Virus record (IMG/VR): IMGVR_UViG_3300048582_000084
Coordinates: 17,137 to 81,136 of that record
Origin: a virus
Length of the DNA stretch: 64,000 nucleotides
Strand: one strand, 5' to 3'
Shown here: positions 20,427 to 29,818 of the stretch, piece by piece
Numbering within the stretch: the first letter of the stretch is position 1
Layout: the number at the start of each line of letters is the position of its first letter
The notes under the pieces: model-generated
The model's input: only the letters and a program-made list of their open reading frames with translations
What the model was told of the DNA's origin: nothing
The model's database searches: none
Translations under genes and position numbers: made by a program

Positions 20427-20612
20427 TTACCCGGACATGATCCCGATAATCTTTCCTGTCTTGTCAAGAACGATATTAACTCGGCTCATGTCAAAATCGG
20501 CCTGAACCGGCGTACCCGGCCAGAGAACGCGGCTGGAATCTGCAAGGCCTGGGGGAAGGTCCGCTAAGACCTTCCCCACATATTCCTTGTACCGCTCGGA
20601 AGCGGGAATCAT
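20427..20612 (-). CDS. Peptidase inhibitor I78-like protein
   Basis: RVLWPGTPVQADFDMSRVNIVLD resembles the I78 consensus. Confidence 0.6.
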   Translation of the reverse strand: MIPASERYKEYVGKVLADLPPGLADSSRVLWPGTPVQADFDMSRVNIVLDKTGKIIGIMSG

Positions 20613-21325
20613 CCGAAGTTCCGTCGCCGCCCGCTGGCAGCGTTGCCCTTCGTGTTCACCTGAACGTCTTCCTCCTCGGCCTCAGCCTCAGCGCCCGAGT
20701 CCTTCGCAGCGTCTAGCTTGGCGATCAGGTCGGCTTCCGAAGCCCACTCCACGATCTTGAAGACCGGCGCGAACTTCTTACCGATGGAATCGCCGTCTTC
20801 GTCCTTCGCTTCGAAGGAGACGTGCTGAAGCTCGATGATGGCAAGCTCGCCGGGGTGCTGAGAGAACGCCTTACCGAAGTCCCGGATCAGATTGGCGACC
20901 GAGATGTTGCCGCCCTTGGACGACGTCTTGAACTGGAACTGAGTGCCGTCCTCGATGTCGCGCATCTCAAACGAGGCCTGTTCGCGCCAGCCGTCCTGCT
21001 TCTTCTTGTAGGGGCCATGGTCGGTCAGGCTGCCCTTGGCAGGCGGCTTGCCCTCAACAACGCGGACCATGATTTCTTCCATCACTTCCTTGTTGTTCCA
21101 GCAAATCCAACCACGCTTGAATTCGTTCGGGTTCAGCGCGAGGCGCGTGCCCTTCTGGAGTTCTTCGGCGTCCTTGCCGAAGCTGTAGATACCCGTGTTG
21201 CCGTCAAACTTGAGGTACAGAGCGCCCGAAGACGCGCCCATGTCATCGGCGGCGTCGAGGAACGGGTTGTGACCGGCAGCGGTCATGGCACCATTCGGCG
21301 CAACAGCGGGGAGATTCGTAGTCAT
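20609..21325 (-). CDS. Single-stranded DNA-binding protein
   Basis: LKFDG...GWICW...DGWREQ...APVFKIVEW with acidic tail; replication region. Confidence 0.6.
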   Translation of the reverse strand: MTTNLPAVAPNGAMTAAGHNPFLDAADDMGASSGALYLKFDGNTGIYSFGKDAEELQKGTRLALNPNEFKRGWICWNNKEVMEEIMVRVVEGKPPAKGSLTDHGPYKKKQDGWREQASFEMRDIEDGTQFQFKTSSKGGNISVANLIRDFGKAFSQHPGELAIIELQHVSFEAKDEDGDSIGKKFAPVFKIVEWASEADLIAKLDAAKDSGAEAEAEEEDVQVNTKGNAASGRRRNFG

Positions 21326-21463
21326 ATTAGTACTTGTTAACCTTGTGCTTAGTATCTTGGTAGAGGGACGCCTTAGGCGTCGTAATGCAGGAACTTAGCC
21401 TGTCAAAAAGCGGCGAAAGGGGGTAATTATACTCCCTTTCGTTCGCTTCATTGAACTACTTTA

Positions 21464-22651
21464 TCACTGGAATTCGGTGATATTTCCCTTGCGCGTCAGA
21501 TATTCGCCAGAGACGTTCTTGAGAATCTTCCGCCCGAAGCGGTGGACGTTTTCCTCCGTGGCGGAAGTGATGACGACACCTTCTCGAATGTGACCACCAC
21601 CGAGTGTGGTCTTGCCGTCAGTCAAGGACAGCATCGTCTCTCGATTGAACGGGCCTCGGTAGAGGACCGGCACAGTCGGGATGCCAAGGCGGTCGAGTAG
21701 GCTGTACTTGTCGGCGGCATCAATGAACCGACCGCCCTGGGGCGTGCCAACCCATAGGTCGAACGCACGGAAAGTCGGACTGCTGTGACCATAGCCCAGG
21801 TCCTGCACGCCGATTCCATAGACCTCACCGAAGAGGAATATCGGCGTCTCGGGCGGCGCCAGCCCCAGGTCGTACAGACCCTCCGCAAGGCGCTCTGTGA
21901 CGGTCGCGGCTAGGGCACTGTCGCTGGTCATCCCGTGGAACGCCTTCAGGTACACGTTGTCGGCGGGGGTGCCATCATCGTTCACCCATTTGAAGACGTT
22001 CCCACGCGCGCCGAGACCCTTCGAATAGACGAAGACGTCATCCGGAAGATCGGGGTGCATCAGCCCAGGGAAGTAGGCGAAGCAGCACATCGTCCCGTGT
22101 AGCTTCTCGGTGATGACGACTTCATCCCCGTCCTTGAAGATGTTCGGGTACTTCTTCCAGTTTTCGAAGTCGTACCGGACAGTCTTCTCGGGACCGACGT
22201 AGGCGCAGTTCCCATAGAACCGCTTCCGCAGTGCCGGGTCCATCGCTTCCATGGGGTCGTACTTCTTGACGCCAAGGAATTCGGTGACGTCGTCGCCTTC
22301 GGAGACCTCGACGGCCTGAAGATTTCCAGCACCCCGTACTACATGGCAGGAGTGATCCACCATTTCGTTGACCTGATACACGATCCCCTGGCTCAGACAG
22401 CCGCGCAGCTTGATCGCCTTGATGCGGTTCTTCTGCGAGCCGGATAGCTTACCGACCAGATTGAGCCTTTCGATCAGCCACTCAGGTAGAACGGAGGCCT
22501 CGGGTAGATAGACCGCGAGGTCGCCGGGCTTGAACGAGCCCTTAGCAACGATGCTACGGTACTCTCCGACAACGGCGAGTTCGATCTTGTCGGCGCCCTC
22601 GACGGGCTCGATGGCGCTGATACGCTCCACCGTCACTACAAAGTCAGACAT
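21464..22651 (-). CDS. ATP-dependent RNA ligase, DRB0094-like family
   Basis: N-terminal OB-like IEPVEGADKIE...LRGCLSQG; TEKLHGT, GEVYG and REGVVI ligase motifs. Confidence 0.9.
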   Translation of the reverse strand: MSDFVVTVERISAIEPVEGADKIELAVVGEYRSIVAKGSFKPGDLAVYLPEASVLPEWLIERLNLVGKLSGSQKNRIKAIKLRGCLSQGIVYQVNEMVDHSCHVVRGAGNLQAVEVSEGDDVTEFLGVKKYDPMEAMDPALRKRFYGNCAYVGPEKTVRYDFENWKKYPNIFKDGDEVVITEKLHGTMCCFAYFPGLMHPDLPDDVFVYSKGLGARGNVFKWVNDDGTPADNVYLKAFHGMTSDSALAATVTERLAEGLYDLGLAPPETPIFLFGEVYGIGVQDLGYGHSSPTFRAFDLWVGTPQGGRFIDAADKYSLLDRLGIPTVPVLYRGPFNRETMLSLTDGKTTLGGGHIREGVVITSATEENVHRFGRKILKNVSGEYLTRKGNITEFQ

Positions 22652-22708
22652 TTTATGATCCTTAATTTGGTTGCAAAAAGACCCACCTCGCGGCGGGTCT
22701 ATATTCTC

Positions 22709-23149
22709 TCAGATACTCAGTACACGCTTCGCGATGATCAGACGTGGATCGTACAGCGCGGCCCAATTCCAGACGTCGAAGACGCTACTAGCGCCGACAA
22801 TTACTAGGGTGAAGCAGAGAAGAGCAGCGAAGATTGACACCACTCCCACGACGGCTCGTGATTCCTCTTTCTCGGCTTGATTTTCTTTCGCGGCCCTATA
22901 TTCGATGTAGTCCGCGTAATCTGATCGATCTACTGCTGGGTTCTTTTTACTTGCATACAAGGCTCCTCGATATGACGCATATCCAAAGCCGATACCCAGG
23001 CACATGAGAAATGCGCCCCACACAACCGCACTAATGTGCTGGACAATGATAGCTGTCATCGCGAGTGCGAAGACTTCAGGCCCAACTTGGGCAGCAAGCT
23101 CGGCAAGCTTCTCGCCCCAGCGCTCAATCAACTGAATTGCTTGATCCAT
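22709..23149 (-). CDS. Hypothetical membrane protein
   Basis: Two to three hydrophobic helices. Confidence 0.6.
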   Translation of the reverse strand: MDQAIQLIERWGEKLAELAAQVGPEVFALAMTAIIVQHISAVVWGAFLMCLGIGFGYASYRGALYASKKNPAVDRSDYADYIEYRAAKENQAEKEESRAVVGVVSIFAALLCFTLVIVGASSVFDVWNWAALYDPRLIIAKRVLSI

Positions 23150-23205
23150 GTTCTGTCATCCTTAATTTGGTTGCAATAAGGAGACCCGAAGGTCTCCTTA
23201 TAGGT

Positions 23206-23535
23206 TCACGGAACCGTGATTTTTGGTTTCCACAGCCTAGCGAACTTCAGTACGTTCGGAATCTCAGAGTCTGCACAGGGTAGCAGAATCGCGCAGCTTT
23301 TGATTCCGTCTAGGGTCTTGTTTTCGTGGCCGAGATAGGTCCAAGGAAGCATAGCGATCTTGTCGAATTCGCGCCGGTTTACCCGAACCACACACTTCTT
23401 GAAGCTGTTATTCAGCCAATACTGATAGTCAGCATTTTTGGAGAACACTAGATGGGCGCCCAAAACTGAATGGGCGACCAGTGTCGGTGCCATGAAGTCC
23501 GGAAACTCATCCAACACCGCGATATACATTTTCAT
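23206..23535 (-). CDS. Peptidyl-tRNA hydrolase 2 (Pth2)-like protein
   Basis: KMYIAV...VAHSVL...W...FKKCVVRV matches the Pth2 pattern; lies between two RNA ligases. Confidence 0.6.
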   Translation of the reverse strand: MKMYIAVLDEFPDFMAPTLVAHSVLGAHLVFSKNADYQYWLNNSFKKCVVRVNRREFDKIAMLPWTYLGHENKTLDGIKSCAILLPCADSEIPNVLKFARLWKPKITVP

Positions 23536-23547
23536 TCTTAAAGTCCT

Positions 23548-24711
23548 TTAACCGTTCAGATCGACTGGAGTTGCGGTCCAAGGCTCGACGCCTCCCAACA
23601 AGGCGAGAAATTCGCGCGCCTTGGTCGTTGAAGACACTTGCTTTAGGGCATGCTGACGCAGTGCCTCCAAAGGATCGGCCCCATCGTAGATTCGGAAGCA
23701 GATCGATGTAGCGAACTGGTAATTGGAGAACTTGTCCCGCACGTACTGTGCGAAAGCCTTCCGGTCTCGGTGAACGAAGGAGGGAGAATTAACTGCCCCG
23801 TTACGGATGATGGCAGCGACGATCCTGAGCCGCCAGTTCAGCGCATCGCGCCACGCCAGCAGCCGCTTCGCCTCGTCCTCAGGCAACAGAGCCGACACAT
23901 CATCGACCTTGTTCTCTAGTACGAGCCGAAGGACGTCCTTTTCCCACAACAGCCCCGAGCGAGCCCGGTGCGCTGCGACGTAGTCGTCGGCCTTCAGCTT
24001 GATGAGTTGCTGGCCCACGCGAACGACATAGCCCTCCGTGTCCTTCAGCGCCTTCGTGTGTTCCACGAACGCGTTGATGTCTTGGATGGCGTTCCCGAAG
24101 ATACGGACGGCGCCAACTCCCAGTTTATTCAGCGTTTCTGCGAACGGGGCGGTGTCCGCATACGTGCCGGTGTCGTTCATTCTTACGGCGAGAAGTGTGA
24201 GGTTCTCGCTCGCGTAGCGAACAACGATCTGGTTGAGGGGCGACGTGAATTCGAAGATAGGCGTTGCGCCTCCACGAAGAACACCTTCGCACCATGCTAG
24301 GACAAACTCACCGAGCGGCAGTCGCTTGCACGCCGCCAGCGCCATCTTCGCCTGCTCGGTGACGCCTGCCCTGGTCATGAAGACCAGTTCGTCGTTAACC
24401 ATCGCCGGGTGGATCATTGACCCGTCCAGCTTCTCCATGATCACAGCGTCGTCCCAAGACGTCGGGATTTCGGCGGGCTTCTCATGGAGGTTGAAGAACT
24501 TGTGGAACGGGCGGGCGATCAGCTTACCGTCGAGGTCGAACTTGAGACCCCGGCACTCGCGGCGGATCGGGCAGTCGAAAGAATCCGAATCCGCGTAGTT
24601 GTAGTCGATGAACATGTAGCCGTCTCGTTTACCGACCACGAATTCATCGCGTTCAGCAATCGCGGGTAGCACGTCATTGATGTGGTGGATCACGGGAAAA
24701 TCATAGGGCAT
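23548..24711 (-). CDS. T4 RnlA-like RNA ligase 1
   Basis: RECRGLKF, RPFHKFFN, EKLDGS, FEFTSPLNQIVV, EGYVV, KLK...Y. Confidence 0.92.
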   Translation of the reverse strand: MPYDFPVIHHINDVLPAIAERDEFVVGKRDGYMFIDYNYADSDSFDCPIRRECRGLKFDLDGKLIARPFHKFFNLHEKPAEIPTSWDDAVIMEKLDGSMIHPAMVNDELVFMTRAGVTEQAKMALAACKRLPLGEFVLAWCEGVLRGGATPIFEFTSPLNQIVVRYASENLTLLAVRMNDTGTYADTAPFAETLNKLGVGAVRIFGNAIQDINAFVEHTKALKDTEGYVVRVGQQLIKLKADDYVAAHRARSGLLWEKDVLRLVLENKVDDVSALLPEDEAKRLLAWRDALNWRLRIVAAIIRNGAVNSPSFVHRDRKAFAQYVRDKFSNYQFATSICFRIYDGADPLEALRQHALKQVSSTTKAREFLALLGGVEPWTATPVDLNG

Positions 24712-24755
24712 TGGTTCTTCTCCTGAGTGGGTTTTGGTTTTCAAAAAAAGAGAGC

Positions 24756-25634
24756 CTAATCGGGCTCTCCTATATCAATCGGGTCTCTAAATCCTTGAAA
24801 CGAAGGAATGCGTGGCTTGTTCTTCGTACCATCTGGTTGGTATCGAAACTTCACCGTCTTTCCGAGATAGTCAGAGCGGTTGTCCCAGATTTCTTGGCGC
24901 AACTTTGCGTCGAATCCTGTACCTAGATTGAAGAGCCCAAACTGTGAGTTTTCAAGAATTAACGAACCCATCGTTCCGGCTGGAACAAGGTTCTTCTTGG
25001 AAGAGCTGCGCTTAGTCCGCCCAAAGGCGTCTTTGATCGCTTCGTTTTCGTTGTGCATAAGTTCTTCGAAACCGACAACGACCGCTTCGTCGTCCTTGAA
25101 GTTCTTAAGTTTCAGGAGGATACCTTCTCGTTCCGTAGAACGCCCGAACTTGTAGTAGCTTCGCGGTGAGCGGATCATCGACCCTTCGAAGTTTTGCGAC
25201 AGATCGACGTGGAGATTAACGACCTCGTCCCAAGACGACGCTTCGTATTGCGGAGTAACGATGAGAAACTTGATTCCAATAGCCGCCGATACTCGGCGCC
25301 TCAAGATCGCCAATCGCGCTGTGAAGATCAGTAGCGGATCAGTGAAATCATCGAACACATAAAACGTGAAGTTTGGCTCACCAGCTTCGCGCATGACGTT
25401 GCCGGTCGTCTCTTGAAATGTGTCTCCAGCAATAAGTTCTCCGTCGAAACCGCTAAACTCTGGCCTGGACAGCGTCGTCCTGATGAAGTGGTTGGGGATC
25501 GGCTTCAGTGTGCGGCTGACAAGCTGACCATCGATAACGAGGGCACGAATGCCGTCGAGTTTGGGGGACACGTAAACCGGGAAGGTCAGCTTCGCCGGGT
25601 CTGTCAATTCTGCTGCAAGAAGGGGTTTCATCAA
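24756..25634 (-). CDS. ATP-dependent DNA ligase
   Basis: SPKLDGIR, FDGEL, FYVFD, EGSMIR, LLKLK, GTGF. Confidence 0.95.
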   Translation of the reverse strand: MMKPLLAAELTDPAKLTFPVYVSPKLDGIRALVIDGQLVSRTLKPIPNHFIRTTLSRPEFSGFDGELIAGDTFQETTGNVMREAGEPNFTFYVFDDFTDPLLIFTARLAILRRRVSAAIGIKFLIVTPQYEASSWDEVVNLHVDLSQNFEGSMIRSPRSYYKFGRSTEREGILLKLKNFKDDEAVVVGFEELMHNENEAIKDAFGRTKRSSSKKNLVPAGTMGSLILENSQFGLFNLGTGFDAKLRQEIWDNRSDYLGKTVKFRYQPDGTKNKPRIPSFQGFRDPIDIGEPD

Positions 25635-25660
25635 AAACCCACCTTTCGGTGGGTCTTGAG

Positions 25661-25981
25661 TCAGCGAGCTGTCATGAACTCACCCCGGTCGATGCGTCGC
25701 CGCATGCTTCCTGGGATGTTGGTCTTCGGATAGGTCTTCTTGCTGACGCGATGGAACAGGCGGCGAGGGATCATAGATGCCTCACCGTTCGTCTTGAGGG
25801 GCGCGGGCTCCATGACACCACCGACCGTCAGCGCGGTCAGCTTGTTGTCGCGGCGAACCTGCTTCGCGCGGTTGCGGCGGGAAGCGCGGTACGTGCGCGC
25901 AGATCGGGCAGCAGACGCCTTGCCAGAGGCCAGCCGCGCGCGAGCGCGCTTAGAAGACCGATAGGCGACGGGGCGAGGCAT
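25661..25981 (-). CDS. Highly basic Arg-rich hypothetical protein
   Basis: Coupled to upstream gene (TAATG); Arg/Lys-rich N-terminus. Confidence 0.5.
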   Translation of the reverse strand: MPRPVAYRSSKRARARLASGKASAARSARTYRASRRNRAKQVRRDNKLTALTVGGVMEPAPLKTNGEASMIPRRLFHRVSKKTYPKTNIPGSMRRRIDRGEFMTAR

Positions 25982-26325
25982 TAGGTGCCATCCTTTCGAA
26001 TAATCTCAGCAAGGCCCCGAAGCAATTCCAACTGCGCCTCTGCGTCGAGCATTGCGCGCCGCTTAGTTTCTGCAACGGCGTTATCGAAGGCGTCTTGATC
26101 CACCACGCGGGCCGAGACGATTTCTTCGGTAGCAATCACCATTTCGCCGTCGAGGGAGATGAGTCGATGGCTGGAGTTATCAGGGTCGTTGTAGCGCCGA
26201 GTCCCGATCTTGGGCGCGAGGCTTTCTAGCTGTTCTAGCGCCGCTTCTTGGGTGCCAAACGTAAGTCTGTGAGAAATCGGCGTGTACTTACCTGTGACGA
26301 TTTCTAGGTAGAAAGTAGTCACCAT
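25981..26325 (-). CDS. Hypothetical protein
   Basis: AAGGAG RBS, coupled stop/start. Confidence 0.6.
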   Translation of the reverse strand: MVTTFYLEIVTGKYTPISHRLTFGTQEAALEQLESLAPKIGTRRYNDPDNSSHRLISLDGEMVIATEEIVSARVVDQDAFDNAVAETKRRAMLDAEAQLELLRGLAEIIRKDGT

Positions 26326-26579
26326 CAGTTTGACTCCTTAATCATAGGTTCGTAGGTCATGGCGAAAATATCAGGCTTGCACGGGTAACACTCACCCTGG
26401 ACGCCTCGGATAACCCAATCCGACGGCGATGCCGTCATTGAGCCCTCAAGCGTGTGGATCACCAGGGTTTCGTATTCGCTGCTCTCCCATTCAGCGTCCC
26501 GTAGAATGTGATGAAGGTCAGCCAACGCCGCCTCGGAGATGTCTTCTCCCGCAGGCGGTAGTTGGACTGCCTCAATCAC
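26325..26579 (-). CDS. Conserved phage protein (TLEG...DW.IRG...YPCKPDIF family)
   Basis: IHTLEGSM.ASPSDWVIRGVQGECYPCKPDIF..TYE motif; true start may be slightly upstream. Confidence 0.75.
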   Translation of the reverse strand: MIEAVQLPPAGEDISEAALADLHHILRDAEWESSEYETLVIHTLEGSMTASPSDWVIRGVQGECYPCKPDIFAMTYEPMIKESN

Positions 26580-26605
26580 GACAGGCTTCTTTCGGTAGAA
26601 GGGAA

Positions 26606-26791
26606 TTAGCCGTCCCTCCGCGTGACACCGAGCCAGTTATCCAGCGCGCCCTCTTCAATCGAACGGCGGCGTGAAAAACTATCGAGATAGGCAGCGGCGG
26701 CTTCCGGATTGTACTTCCGGATCAGGCTCGCGATATAGCGAGCCTGCGCGAGCGTCTTCACCTTCACAGGCGGTTCAGCCATAGTATTCAT
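26606..26791 (-). CDS. Hypothetical protein
   Basis: ATGA overlap with upstream gene, RBS. Confidence 0.5.
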   Translation of the reverse strand: MNTMAEPPVKVKTLAQARYIASLIRKYNPEAAAAYLDSFSRRRSIEEGALDNWLGVTRRDG

Positions 26792-27774
26792 TTTTGGTCC
26801 TTAGTTTTTCTGAGGTCAGTGACGTGGATATTCTTCAATCCATCCCCGTTGAGGATGTCCTTCAAGGCGCTCTTCATCATCTTGTGGTGACGCTCGACCA
26901 GGGTCTCTCCGTCTTTGACGACGTCGAGACGCCACCCGCCATCGCGCATCTTGTCCGACAGCGGTCGGTCGATGACGATGTACTCCACAACCGTTTTCGC
27001 AGGCGCGAGAGCAACGGACGCGAGGCGGTCCTTGCGACGAAGATGCGTCGCATCGATAATCGTGGGGAGACCGTACTTGAGGCGGGTCTTCACAAGGTCA
27101 TGGACGTAGCTGAACACCCGCGCGTTCTGCGACTGGTCGCGAAAGTCCCCGAGCATTTCGGCGCGGACCTTGTCCGACGAAACGACCGACCCCTCGGTCC
27201 CAGAGAACTGGGTCAGATAGGAAGTCTTCCCCGCCCCGCTCGGGCCGACCATGAGACGCAACAGGATTTCCTGTGGCTTCGGCGTGTAGGCGAATCCAGC
27301 AGGCGATGTGTCGAAGTCGCCGGGCGCGCACTGGAACACGGTAATCCCGTTCTCGCGCCACATGTCCACAACACGCTGACGGTCATCCACGACGAACCAG
27401 ATGTCGTGGCCCTCGGCGCGGAGCGCATCGAGCATTTCGCGCTTGATGATGCTGTCCTCACGGCTGTCCTTGGCAGGACGCATGCGGAGGTCGAGCGACC
27501 TCAGAAGCCCGCCGTAGACGTGCTTGTTGAGCCACTCCACAGTCGTCTGGCGATGTTCCTCGCCGCGTCCCGAGCAGAACACAACGCGGAACTTACCGGC
27601 GCAATCGAACAGCAGGAACTGGCAGAACGAGACCACATCTTCGATGGGCGGGTCCTTGTCCATCTCTGCGAAGAACAAGTCCCAACGCTTCGGCTTATTC
27701 GCAACATGGTGGCGGCGGTGTTCGACACACGCGAGCGTGCCATCGATATCAAAGATGACGGTCTTCATTCTCAT
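26788..27774 (-). CDS. Polynucleotide kinase-3'-phosphatase (HAD N-terminal, P-loop kinase C-terminal)
   Basis: FDIDGTL, SGR, MRP..D.R.D, VDDR..V..MW; then GPSGAGKT, SSD..R, IDATHL. Confidence 0.9.
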   Translation of the reverse strand: MRMKTVIFDIDGTLACVEHRRHHVANKPKRWDLFFAEMDKDPPIEDVVSFCQFLLFDCAGKFRVVFCSGRGEEHRQTTVEWLNKHVYGGLLRSLDLRMRPAKDSREDSIIKREMLDALRAEGHDIWFVVDDRQRVVDMWRENGITVFQCAPGDFDTSPAGFAYTPKPQEILLRLMVGPSGAGKTSYLTQFSGTEGSVVSSDKVRAEMLGDFRDQSQNARVFSYVHDLVKTRLKYGLPTIIDATHLRRKDRLASVALAPAKTVVEYIVIDRPLSDKMRDGGWRLDVVKDGETLVERHHKMMKSALKDILNGDGLKNIHVTDLRKTKDQK

Positions 27775-27819
27775 TTTTGGCTCCTGATTTATGTCTTCTC
27801 TATGAGGGTAGAGTATTCC

Positions 27820-28272
27820 CTACTTGGTCCCGTCGAATTGGTGAGGGTACTTGTCCCTGAAGCGCATGGCCTGGATTGTCTGTACGGCGGTCTCAGTCTT
27901 CAACTGCTTCACCACCTCGTCTTTTGGCGCGACGACCCAAGTCTGCCCCCGCGCGCCGCGCCGAGTTACCCGCTTATTGTCAAAACGGTCTAGTACATGC
28001 TTCTTAATCCTTGTCGCCATCAATCGGCTTTGGACAGGAATGATTTCGGCACAAACAATGGTGGGATTGACACATCGGATATCTTCGACACGCTTCTCCG
28101 CATTTTTCGAAAGACCTACACGACATTCGCCGTGCTTTGTAGCGGCCACGTATATGTAGGTGGGTAGGGCGTCTTTGCGGTACATTTTAGCTTTCCGCTC
28201 AAGATCTTTCACCGTACTAATCTGTAAGTTTTGTTTGCGTGGTGTGATGTACAATTTTGTCTCCTTAGTCAA
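27820..28272 (-). CDS. GIY-YIG/T5orf172-like protein
   Basis: YIYV......RVGLSKNAEKRV; start probably at the TTG just downstream of AAGGAG. Confidence 0.55.
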   Translation of the reverse strand: MTKETKLYITPRKQNLQISTVKDLERKAKMYRKDALPTYIYVAATKHGECRVGLSKNAEKRVEDIRCVNPTIVCAEIIPVQSRLMATRIKKHVLDRFDNKRVTRRGARGQTWVVAPKDEVVKQLKTETAVQTIQAMRFRDKYPHQFDGTK

Positions 28273-28301
28273 AAGGGAGGCCCGAAGGCCTCCCTACTTA
28301 C

Positions 28302-29381
28302 CTATTCGTCCTTCGGACTCCGCACCGTCAAGCGCTCGCTTGGCGAGCCCTCGACCATGTAGTCCGCGAGGTCGATGCCAGTGTCCTCAACAACGCGATC
28401 CATATCGACGCTCTTGCGTCCCGCCATCTTCGTCCACGACACGGACGAGCCGTCCGAAAGATTTGCCCACCTTTTGCCGATCCCGATCAGGAAGGTCTTG
28501 ATGGCTTCCTGGGCTGCGGCCTTGTCGGTCTTTGCCGCCTTCTCTCGCGCAGACGCGTCGCGCTCTCGCACGACCAGTGTGGTCAGGGTCTGTTCGTCGT
28601 TCAGGGCGAGGTCGGATCGACGCTTCTTCGTCCCCGGCGTTTCCTCTGGAATGCGCCCTACCTGGGCCAGCGAGCATTGCTGCTGAAACGGGCAGTAGTC
28701 GCACTCAGCACCACCACGAAGCTTGCCTTCTGCGGCAAGGGCCTTGGCCTCGGTGGCCTCGTAGACGAGGTCTGCTCGCTTCTTGCACGCCTCATAGATC
28801 GCTGGATCGCGCTTGATGACGAACGGACGGACGTCGTCCAGCCAGGACGCGTTGATGTAGAGAATGACGGCATAGTTGGGACGATGGTTCGTCGTTTCCC
28901 ACACCAAGCCCATCTGCTGTTGCACCTGACCGGCGTGAACCGGCTTGGGCTCCTTTAGATCGAGACGCGAATCGAAGGTCTTGATTTCGACTAGGATTTC
29001 GTCGCCTTCGATGTCGTCAATCCCGTAGTCCTTGAGGGCATCCCTCGGAAGGCCGGTGATCAGCCCGTCAGGCGTCGCGGATAGTCGGTCCTTGATCAGG
29101 GTGACTTGGTCGTCGCCCGCCCACAAGATGTGGGCGTCATCGGGAAGCTGCGACCGCAGCGCCGGGACCACGTAGTGGGCTTCCAGAAGGCTTCCGCGCG
29201 TCGTCGCGCCATAGCTCTCCTTGAAGTCGGGATCAGGCTTGTAGCCTCGCTTCACGAAGAACGTGCGCCGAATGCACTGGAACTGCTCCGATGCACCGAC
29301 CGTCTTGGAGCGGTCATGCTCCCATACGCGTTTGTTGCTGTCGGCGTGGCCGTCAAATACGCGCTTAAAATTCAAACTCAA
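28302..29381 (-). CDS. PD-(D/E)XK exonuclease (Cas4/RecB-like)
   Basis: GASE..QC.R, SATPDG, EIKT, QVQQQM, C.YCPF..QC. Confidence 0.85.
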   Translation of the reverse strand: MSLNFKRVFDGHADSNKRVWEHDRSKTVGASEQFQCIRRTFFVKRGYKPDPDFKESYGATTRGSLLEAHYVVPALRSQLPDDAHILWAGDDQVTLIKDRLSATPDGLITGLPRDALKDYGIDDIEGDEILVEIKTFDSRLDLKEPKPVHAGQVQQQMGLVWETTNHRPNYAVILYINASWLDDVRPFVIKRDPAIYEACKKRADLVYEATEAKALAAEGKLRGGAECDYCPFQQQCSLAQVGRIPEETPGTKKRRSDLALNDEQTLTTLVVRERDASAREKAAKTDKAAAQEAIKTFLIGIGKRWANLSDGSSVSWTKMAGRKSVDMDRVVEDTGIDLADYMVEGSPSERLTVRSPKDE

Positions 29382-29818
29382 GGTAGTTTAAGCTCTTTCA
29401 GCGCTGCCTCAAAAGTCGTTTGGGCAGCGTCCGCTGTAGTGAATGCGCTCTCCGGATATCGAATCAGCGTTTTCGCCGCCTGCGTGACCGGGACGAAAAG
29501 TACTTTATCGATGGGGAGAGCAGCGCAGGCGATGATATCAATGTCGTCCTGCGTGTAATGGGTAAGGCTCACCGCGTGGCTGTTCTTGTTGGCGTATCTG
29601 CCGCGCGCAGTGATGAACTTGAAACTACCGCCGTCGCGGTACTGCGTAGACTTCGTCTGGATTCGGACAGATTTCCCATCCACGAAGGCCAGTACGTCGA
29701 AGGAAAACCCTTCTCCTGCCTCCATGGATGAAATACCCAACTTCCGAAGTGTGTAGAGGACCAACGCGACACCTTGAGCCCCGACGAGGGCGTAGTTCTT
29801 AGGCGCTAGTTTCGTCAG
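29378..29818 (-). CDS. PD-(D/E)XK free-standing endonuclease
   Basis: FDVL......RIQTKS...YT..DIDIIAC; start codon uncertain. Confidence 0.65.
   Translation of the reverse strand: MTKLAPKNYALVGAQGVALVLYTLRKLGISSMEAGEGFSFDVLAFVDGKSVRIQTKSTQYRDGGSFKFITARGRYANKNSHAVSLTHYTQDDIDIIACAALPIDKVLFVPVTQAAKTLIRYPESAFTTADAAQTTFEAALKELKLP

Noticed and set aside
26794-27993. 399-aa + strand ORF
   Set aside because: Antisense shadow of PNKP.
28302-29381. Cas4-like gene suggesting CRISPR-Cas
   Set aside because: No repeat-spacer array or other cas genes seen; a typical phage exonuclease.
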